Shown piece after piece: positions 17,663 through 23,091 of a DNA stretch of 23,091 bases. The DNA is taken from positions 1 to 23,091 of the forward strand of contig JBGQHJ010000077.1 in NCBI GenBank assembly GCA_041497895.1. The letters run 5' to 3'. The translations under genes and the position numbers were made by a program. Positions within the stretch are counted from its first letter, which is position 1; each line of letters starts with the position of its first letter. The notes beneath the pieces are model-generated. The model was given only the letters and a program-made list of their open reading frames with translations. It had not been told where the DNA came from and searched no databases. This DNA comes from Candidatus Methylomirabilia bacterium. Its GTDB lineage: Bacteria; Methylomirabilota; Methylomirabilia; Rokubacteriales; CSP1-6.

Positions 17663-18016
17663 TCAGCGCCGGCGCGCCTCGCGGCGCAGCTCCTTGAGCA
17701 TGGTCTGCGTGCCGATGAGGTGGTGGTCGAAGATCCGGCGGGTGACGTCGAGCAGATCCCGGACGGAGGCGTCGCGGACGGTGTAGCGCACGCCGGTGCC
17801 CTCCTTGCGGGCCTCCACGATGTTCTTGCCCCTCAGCACCGCGAGCTGCTGGGAGACGGTGGGCTGGTCGAGACCGAGGGCCTCCTGCAGCTCGTGCACG
17901 CTCCGGCCGCCCCGGACGAGGATCTCGAGGATCCGGATTCGGATCGGGTGGGCGAGAGCCTTGAAGAACTCCGCCTTGAAGATCTGGAGCTGCCCGCTGC
18001 CTCCGGTCTTCTTCAT
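17663..18016 (-). CDS. ArsR/SmtB-family transcriptional regulator (Rv0081-like)
   Basis: ATG at 18016; wHTH motifs FKAEFFKALAHPIRIRILEIL and VSQQLAVLR...VEARKEG. First gene of the operon, 1 nt from the next gene. Confidence 0.93.
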   Translation of the reverse strand: MKKTGGSGQLQIFKAEFFKALAHPIRIRILEILVRGGRSVHELQEALGLDQPTVSQQLAVLRGKNIVEARKEGTGVRYTVRDASVRDLLDVTRRIFDHHLIGTQTMLKELRREARRR

Positions 18017-18023
18017 GCAAATT

Positions 18024-18055
18024 ACCTTATATATGCATATATCGGATCTTGTCAA
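18024..18055 (-). promoter_or_regulatory. sigma70 promoter of the arsR-ehr operon with an overlapping palindromic operator
   Basis: Minus strand: TTGACA (18055-18050), then agatccgATATATGCATATATAAGGTaatttgc-ATG. Perfect 14-bp palindrome ATATATGCATATAT at 18029-18042. A conspicuous AT-rich patch in this GC-rich window. Confidence 0.8.
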
Positions 18056-18112
18056 GGAGACGGCGGAGGCGGGAAGACGGCCGGGGACGGTGCTTCGCGC
18101 GGGGCGGCCCGG

Positions 18113-19141
18113 TCAGGCGCCGAGGCGGGCGATCACCGCGTCGGCGAACTCGGCGGTGCCGAGCGTGCCGCCGAGATCGCGGGTCTTGCCGCCCTCGGCC
18201 AGGGCGTGGTTGTAGCCGTCCTTGATCCGCTGCGCGGCCGTCGCGCACGCCGGGTCGTCGCGCGTCTCGGCCAGGTGGTTGAGCAGCATGACCGCGGACA
18301 TCAGCAGCGCGAGCGGATTGGCGACCCCGCGGCCCGCGATGTCGGGCGCGGAGCCGTGCACCGCCTCGAAGACCGCGCCCGCGTCGCCGATGTTCGCCCC
18401 CGGCACCACCCCGAGGCCGCCCACCAGGCCCGCGCACAGATCGCTCAGCACGTCGCCGTAGAGGTTCTCCAGCAGCAGCATGTCGAAGCGGGTGGGATCC
18501 TGCACGAGCCCCATGCAGCCCGCGTCGATGATCATCTCCTGGTAGGCGATCGACGAGAACTCCTGGTCGTGCACCGAGCGGGCGCAGCGGATGAACATCC
18601 CGTCGGTGAGCTTCATGATGTTGGCCTTGTGGAAGACGGTGACCTTCTTGCGCGCGCGGTGCTGCGCGTAGTGGAACGCCCACCGCGCGATGCGCGTGCA
18701 CGCCTTCTCGGTCGCGACCTTGGTGGTGGTCACCACCCCGGGGGCCAGGGAGGCCTCGATGCCGGAGTAGAGTCCCTCCGTATTCTCACGGATGATGACG
18801 AGGTCCACGTCCCGGTAGCGGGTGGGCACCCCGTCGAGGCTCCGGACCGGCCGCACCGCCGCGTAGAGGTCGAGCTCCCTGCGGAGCCGCACGTTGATCG
18901 AGACGAAGCCCTCGCCGATGGGGGTGGTGCACGGCCCCTTGAGCGCGACCCCGAGCCGGGCGATCGCGTCCAGGGTCTCGCGCGGCAGCACGTCCTGGCC
19001 CCGCTCGAGCGCGGCCAGGCCCGCGCGGCACTCCACCCAGTCGATCGGGGCCCCCACCGCGTCGAGGATGCGACGGACCGCCGCGGTCACCTCGGGGCCG
19101 ATGCCGTCGCCGGGAATGAGCACGGCCTGATGCCTGGCCAT
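18113..19141 (-). CDS. icd: Isocitrate/isopropylmalate dehydrogenase family; probably NAD-dependent isocitrate dehydrogenase
   Basis: Motifs IPGDGIGPEV, SINVRLRR (isocitrate-type S-x-N), IIRENTEGLYSG, HKANIMKLTDG, ENLYGDVLSD and EAVHGSAPDIAG. Confidence 0.8.
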   Translation of the reverse strand: MARHQAVLIPGDGIGPEVTAAVRRILDAVGAPIDWVECRAGLAALERGQDVLPRETLDAIARLGVALKGPCTTPIGEGFVSINVRLRRELDLYAAVRPVRSLDGVPTRYRDVDLVIIRENTEGLYSGIEASLAPGVVTTTKVATEKACTRIARWAFHYAQHRARKKVTVFHKANIMKLTDGMFIRCARSVHDQEFSSIAYQEMIIDAGCMGLVQDPTRFDMLLLENLYGDVLSDLCAGLVGGLGVVPGANIGDAGAVFEAVHGSAPDIAGRGVANPLALLMSAVMLLNHLAETRDDPACATAAQRIKDGYNHALAEGGKTRDLGGTLGTAEFADAVIARLGA

Positions 19142-19165
19142 GCGGTCATTATCCCCCCGGGGGGC

Positions 19166-19987
19166 TCAAACCTTCACCGGAACGAACGGCCGGCCGCCCA
19201 TCGCCTTGAGCGACTCCTCCCTCACCTGCTCCCAGAGCTTGGCGCGTAGCTCGGTCACGTCGGGCGCGTCGAGGTCGCGCGGGAAAGGCAAGGCCACGTC
19301 GATCACGTCCTTGACGCGCCCGGGGCGCGCGGTCATCACCACGATGCGATCGGACAGCGCGATGGCCTCCTGCAGGCTGTGGGTGACGAAGACCACCGTC
19401 TTGCGGGTCCGGCGCCGGATTCCCACCAGCCACTCGCCCATGAGCAGGCGCGTCTGCTCGTCGAGCGCGCCGAAGGGCTCGTCCATCAGCAAGATCGGGG
19501 TGTCGAGCGCGAGCGCGCGCGCGATGGCCACCCGCTGCCGCATGCCCCCCGACAGCTCCCGCGGGTACTTGCTCTCGAAGCCGCTCAGCCCCATCGGCTC
19601 GAGCAGCCCGCGGGCGATCTCGCGGCGGCGGGCCGCGGGCATCCCGCGCAGCTCGAGGCCGAAGGTCACGTTGTCGAGCGCGGTGCGCCACGGGAAGAGG
19701 CCGCCGTCCTGGAACACGAGCGCGACCTTCTCCGGGCTGGGCCCGGCGCACGGCGCGCCGTCGAGCAGCACGCGCCCGGTGTCGGGCTCGACGAGCCCGC
19801 CGATCATGCCGAGCACGGTGGACTTGCCGCAGCCGCTCGGCCCCAGCAGCGAGATGAACTCCTCGCGGCGGACCGTGAGGCTCACCGAGTCGACGGCCGG
19901 GACGGGTCCGCTGGTGGTCTCGTAGCGCTTGCCGATCGCGTCGAGCACGATCGGCGCGGGCGCGGGCGTCGCGACCCCGTCGGGCAT
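19166..19987 (-). CDS. ABC transporter ATP-binding protein (NitT/TauB/SsuB type)
   Basis: Walker A GPSGCGKST, Q-loop VFQD, signature LSGGMRQR, Walker B LLMDEPFGALD, switch FVTH and MTARPGRV. Confidence 0.95.
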   Translation of the reverse strand: MPDGVATPAPAPIVLDAIGKRYETTSGPVPAVDSVSLTVRREEFISLLGPSGCGKSTVLGMIGGLVEPDTGRVLLDGAPCAGPSPEKVALVFQDGGLFPWRTALDNVTFGLELRGMPAARRREIARGLLEPMGLSGFESKYPRELSGGMRQRVAIARALALDTPILLMDEPFGALDEQTRLLMGEWLVGIRRRTRKTVVFVTHSLQEAIALSDRIVVMTARPGRVKDVIDVALPFPRDLDAPDVTELRAKLWEQVREESLKAMGGRPFVPVKV

Positions 19988-20030
19988 GGGCGCATTATGC
20001 TACAGTGCGACGGAAAAGGAGGGGCCATCC
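19988..20030. promoter_or_regulatory. 43-nt divergent promoter region between the ABC ATPase and purC
   Basis: Minus strand: CATAAT (19999-19994), 6 nt before the ABC ATG. Plus strand: TGc-TACAGT (extended -10-like, 19998-20006), then SD AAGGAGG before purC. Confidence 0.5.
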
Positions 20031-20891
20031 ATGCCGGACGCGGTGCATCTTGGCAGTGGCAAGGTCCGCGAGCTCTACGCCCTCGACGACGAGCGGCTCC
20101 TGCTCGTGGCCTCCGACCGCATCTCCACCTTCGACGTCGTGCTGCCGACCGCGATCCCAGACAAGGGCCGGGTGCTGACCGGCCTGGCCGCCTTCTGGTT
20201 CGCGCGCACCCGCTCGATCTGCGCCAACCACCTGCTGGCCCTGCGGCCGGACGGCCGCTCCACCGAGTGTCGCCGCCTCGAGATGCTGCCGATCGAGTGC
20301 GTGGTGCGCGGCTATCTCTCCGGCTCGGGCTTCAAGGACTACGGCAAGACCGGCCAGGTCTGCGGCCACCGGCTGCCCGCCGGGCTGCGCGAGTCGGACC
20401 GTCTGCCCGAGCCGATCTTCACCCCGGCCACCAAGGCCCAGACCGGCCACGACGAGAACATCACGCGCGAGCAGGGCGCCGCGATCGTCGGGGCCGAGCG
20501 CTTCGCCCTGGCCGAGCGGCTCTCCATCGCGCTCTACCGGTTCGCGGCCGCCTACGCGCTCGAGCGCGGCATCATCATCGCGGACACCAAGTTCGAGTTC
20601 GGCGTCGACCGGGAGGGCCGGCTGGTGCTGGGCGACGAGGCCCTCACCCCGGACTCCTCGCGCTTCTGGCCGGCCGATCAGTACGCGCCGGGCGGACCGC
20701 AGCCGTCCTTCGACAAGCAGTACGTGCGCGATTTCTGCGAGAAGATCGGCTGGGGGAAGACCTACCCGGGCCCCGAGCTACCGGAGGACGTCGTCACCGG
20801 CACCCGCCGGCGCTACGTCGAAGCCTTCGAGCACCTCACCGCGATCCGCTTCGACGACTACCTCGCCAACCCCTCGGTCGTGCTGGCCTGA
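20031..20891 (+). CDS. purC: Phosphoribosylaminoimidazole-succinocarboxamide (SAICAR) synthase
   Basis: Motifs SGKVRELY, ASDRISTFDV, IPDKGRVLT, PIECVVRGYLSGS, FTPATKA, IIADTKFEFG, DEALTPDSSRFW and SFDKQYVRD. SD AGGAGG before ATG 20031. Confidence 0.97.
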   Translation: MPDAVHLGSGKVRELYALDDERLLLVASDRISTFDVVLPTAIPDKGRVLTGLAAFWFARTRSICANHLLALRPDGRSTECRRLEMLPIECVVRGYLSGSGFKDYGKTGQVCGHRLPAGLRESDRLPEPIFTPATKAQTGHDENITREQGAAIVGAERFALAERLSIALYRFAAAYALERGIIIADTKFEFGVDREGRLVLGDEALTPDSSRFWPADQYAPGGPQPSFDKQYVRDFCEKIGWGKTYPGPELPEDVVTGTRRRYVEAFEHLTAIRFDDYLANPSVVLA

Positions 20892-20899
20892 CCTCCCGA

Positions 20900-20935
20900 C
20901 CCTCTCCCCCCTGGGGAGAGGGCAGGGTGAGGGGC
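20900..20935 (-). repeat. 36-nt REP-like palindromic element, copy 2 (intergenic, between convergent genes)
   Basis: Minus strand reads GCCCCTCACCCTGCCCTCTCCCCAGGGGGGAGAGGG. Fills most of the 46-nt gap between the purC and hydantoinase B stop codons. Confidence 0.9.
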
Positions 20936-20937
20936 TC

Positions 20938-22566
20938 CTACTTCCCGTCCCGACCCACGTATCCGCGCTCCCGATCCCGCTCCCGCAGCTCCTTCGCCCG
21001 CTTCCCGGCCGGCCCATACCCGCCCCCGCCCGGCGTGCTCACCAGCACGCGATCCCCGCGCTCGAGCACGTGCTGCCGGCGGTGGTCGACCTTCTTGCCG
21101 TTGATCCGCACGTCGCCGAGCCCGCCCGCGCCGCCGCCGGCCAGCCCCGGCGCCGGGAAGCGCGTGCGCTCGGCCATGAAGCTCATCACGATGGGCCGCG
21201 GCGACTCGCTCTCGATCAGCATGTCCTGGCCGAGGCCGCCGCGGAAGCGCCCCCGCCCGCCCGAGCCCGCCCGCATGCGCTTGTAGTGAAAGAAGAGCGG
21301 GCTGTTGCGCTCGGCCACCTCCACCGGGGTGCTCGAGATGTTGCTGGGCCACGAGAGCACGTGCTCGCCGTCCTTCCCCGCGGTCGCGCCCATGCCCCCG
21401 TTGAAGAACAGCACCGTGGTGTAGGGCCGTCCGTCGTCGCGCACCCCGGACTGCGCCACCGCCCAGAGCGGCGAGCCCGCCGCCGCGGCCACCCGCTCGG
21501 GAATCACCTGGTGCAGCGCGCCCAGGATCAGGATCGGCACGTAGTGGCCGGTCTGCGCGCGGCTCACCACCGCGGCCGGGAACTTCGGGTTGAGCAGGCA
21601 GCCCTCGGGCGCCTCCACCGTCACCGGCCGGTACATGCCCTCGTTGTTCGGCAGCCCGGGCAGGAGCGCGCAGCGCACCGCGTACGCGGTCATGGCGTAG
21701 GTGTAGGCCATCACGCAGTTGATCGCGCGCGGCTGGGCCGGTGAGGTGCCGGTGAAGTCGGCCACGATGCGGTCGCCGGACACGGTGAGGGCGACGCGGA
21801 AGCGGTACGGCGCCTCGAACCCGTCGGTGTCGATGCCGTAGCGGTAGGTGCCGTCGGGCACCGCGCGGATCGCGTCGCGCATCGCGCGCTCCGAGCGGCC
21901 GAAGAGCTCGTCGGCGAGCCCCTCGAGCGAGTGGAGCTCGTACTCCTCCATCAGGCGCCGCACCCGGTTCTCCATCAGCTCGTTGGCGCTCACCTGGGCC
22001 CAGATGTCGCCCGTCGTCTGGTCCGGGGTGCGCACGTTCGCCCGCAGGAGCGCGATCAGCGTATCGTCCACGCGCCCCTCGCGGATCAGGTGCGTGAGCG
22101 GGATGTGGAAGCCCTCCTCGAACAGCTCGCGGGCCTCGATGGCCCGGATCCGCCCGCCGATGTCCGGCATGTGGGCCGTGGTCGACGAGAAGGCGACCAG
22201 CCGCGCTCGACCGCCTTCGATCAGGAAGATCGGCTTGACCAGGCACACGTCGCTCATGTGCCCGGTGCCCTGCCAGGGATCGTTCGTGATCAGCACGTCG
22301 CCCGGCTGCAGGCGCTCCGGACCCAGCTCCCGCAGGAAGTGCCGGACCGTCGCGGGCAGCGTGCCGATGAACGACGGGATCGAGCCCGAGTTCTGGGCCA
22401 GGGCCAGGCCGCGCGCGTCGGTGAGCACGCAGGCGAAGTCGTTGGCCTCGTTGGAGAGCGTGGAGAACGAGGTGCGCACGATGGCCTTGGCCGCCTCGTC
22501 CACCACCGAGATGAGGCGGGTCCACAGCACCTCGAGCGTGATGGCGTCGAACCGGGGAGCGCTCAT
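20938..22566 (-). CDS. Hydantoinase B / 5-oxoprolinase family subunit
   Basis: Motifs DAITLEVLW, RTSFST, ITNDPWQGTGHMSD, HMPDIGG, EEGFHIP, TPVEVAE, GSGGRGRFRGGLG and TPGGGGYG. Confidence 0.93.
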   Translation of the reverse strand: MSAPRFDAITLEVLWTRLISVVDEAAKAIVRTSFSTLSNEANDFACVLTDARGLALAQNSGSIPSFIGTLPATVRHFLRELGPERLQPGDVLITNDPWQGTGHMSDVCLVKPIFLIEGGRARLVAFSSTTAHMPDIGGRIRAIEARELFEEGFHIPLTHLIREGRVDDTLIALLRANVRTPDQTTGDIWAQVSANELMENRVRRLMEEYELHSLEGLADELFGRSERAMRDAIRAVPDGTYRYGIDTDGFEAPYRFRVALTVSGDRIVADFTGTSPAQPRAINCVMAYTYAMTAYAVRCALLPGLPNNEGMYRPVTVEAPEGCLLNPKFPAAVVSRAQTGHYVPILILGALHQVIPERVAAAAGSPLWAVAQSGVRDDGRPYTTVLFFNGGMGATAGKDGEHVLSWPSNISSTPVEVAERNSPLFFHYKRMRAGSGGRGRFRGGLGQDMLIESESPRPIVMSFMAERTRFPAPGLAGGGAGGLGDVRINGKKVDHRRQHVLERGDRVLVSTPGGGGYGPAGKRAKELRERDRERGYVGRDGK

Positions 22567-22578
22567 GCCGCGGTATTG

Positions 22579-23091
22579 TCACATATCGGCGAGCGGCGGG
22601 GGAGCCGATCGCAGCCGCTCGGCGATCACGTACACCGCCGGGAGGGCGAGCGGGGTCAGGACGAGGGTCGAGAGCAGGCCACCGACCACCACGGTGGCGA
22701 GGGGGCGCTGGATGTCGGAGCCGATGCCGTGCGCCACCATGGCCGGGATCATCCCGAGCGTGGCCACCGCGATCACCAGCAGCACCGGCCGCAGCTGGGC
22801 CCGCGCCGCCACCACCACCGCGTCCCGCAGCGGCATCCCGGCCTGCGCGCGGCGCCGGGTGATGTCGGAGATGTAGAGCACGCCGCTCATCACCGCCACC
22901 CCGAACAGCGAGATGAAGCCCACCGCGGCCGAGACGTTCAGGTTCATGCCCCGGAGCCAGAGGGCGAGCACGCCGCCCGCCACCGAGAACGGCACCGTGA
23001 GCAGGACGAGGCCCGCGTCGAGCGCGGTCCCGAAGGTCACGAAGAGCAGCACGAAGATCACCGCGAGGGTGATCGGCATGATGAAGGCGAG
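22579..23091 (-). CDS. CusA/CzcA-family heavy-metal efflux RND transporter, C-terminal fragment (truncated by the window edge)
   Basis: Motifs VPFSVAGGVLALWLRG, SAAVGFISLFGVAV, LRPVL and GIGSDIQRPLATVVVGGL. The frame stays open to base 23091. Confidence 0.9.
   Translation of the reverse strand, partial: LAFIMPITLAVIFVLLFVTFGTALDAGLVLLTVPFSVAGGVLALWLRGMNLNVSAAVGFISLFGVAVMSGVLYISDITRRRAQAGMPLRDAVVVAARAQLRPVLLVIAVATLGMIPAMVAHGIGSDIQRPLATVVVGGLLSTLVLTPLALPAVYVIAERLRSAPPPLADM

Noticed and set aside
18113..19141. icd as part of the ehr operon (NADH/CO2 donor)
   Set aside because: The operon has its own strong promoter/operator in the gap downstream of icd; only adjacency supports a link.
19974..20044. 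The divergent ABC ATPase and purC both begin MPDxV, forming a 12/14 inverted repeat
   Set aside because: Short, GC-rich and anchored on the two ATGs; most likely coincidence.
1482..20935. The two inverted 36-nt copies as terminal inverted repeats of a 19-kb mobile element
   Set aside because: There is no transposase or integrase and no target-site duplication was seen. The enclosed genes include housekeeping dusB and purC, and one copy is inside a gene. Dispersed REP-like copies explain it better.
426..22876. Many long antisense or alternate-frame ORFs (e.g. 426..1490, 3794..5095, 13165..14907, 17372..19249, 19379..21286)
   Set aside because: These are shadow ORFs expected at very high GC. 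They overlap well-supported genes and have no recognisable motifs.

Overview
A very GC-rich, gene-dense bacterial window with about 23 genes. A PEP-CTERM protein and an outer-membrane barrel point to a diderm. My impression from codon style and several small secreted proteins is a Ca. Rokubacteria/Methylomirabilota-like organism, but this is unverified. The centrepiece is a ~9.6 kb minus-strand operon (18016->8451): an ArsR regulator, a NuoB/HyfI-like small subunit, two tandem HyfB-like antiporter subunits, HyfC, HyfE, HyfF and a fused NuoCD/HyfG-like large subunit. The large subunit lacks both [NiFe]-binding CxxC motifs, so this is an Ehr (Ech-hydrogenase-related) complex organised like M. 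tuberculosis Rv0081-Rv0087, not a true hydrogenase. Left of it lie a 5'-truncated coiled-coil protein, a small secreted CAWVLW protein, a secreted thermonuclease, dusB, a PEP-CTERM protein, a DSD1/D-threonine-aldolase-family PLP enzyme, a secreted hypothetical protein, an OM barrel and lemA-TPM-TPM. Right of it lie an isocitrate dehydrogenase, an orphan ABC ATPase, purC, a hydantoinase B/oxoprolinase subunit and the 3' end of a CusA/CzcA RND pump. Non-coding signals: (1) a 36-nt palindromic REP-like element present twice (35/36 identical), once between convergent genes and once in-frame inside the thermonuclease; (2) two sigma54-type promoters, one with paired upstream repeats inside the dusB 3' end; (3) a 14-bp AT-rich palindrome in the arsR promoter; (4) -10-like hexamers 6-9 nt before SD-less ATGs, suggesting widespread leaderless transcription. 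No rRNA, tRNA, CRISPR array, transposase or integrase was seen.
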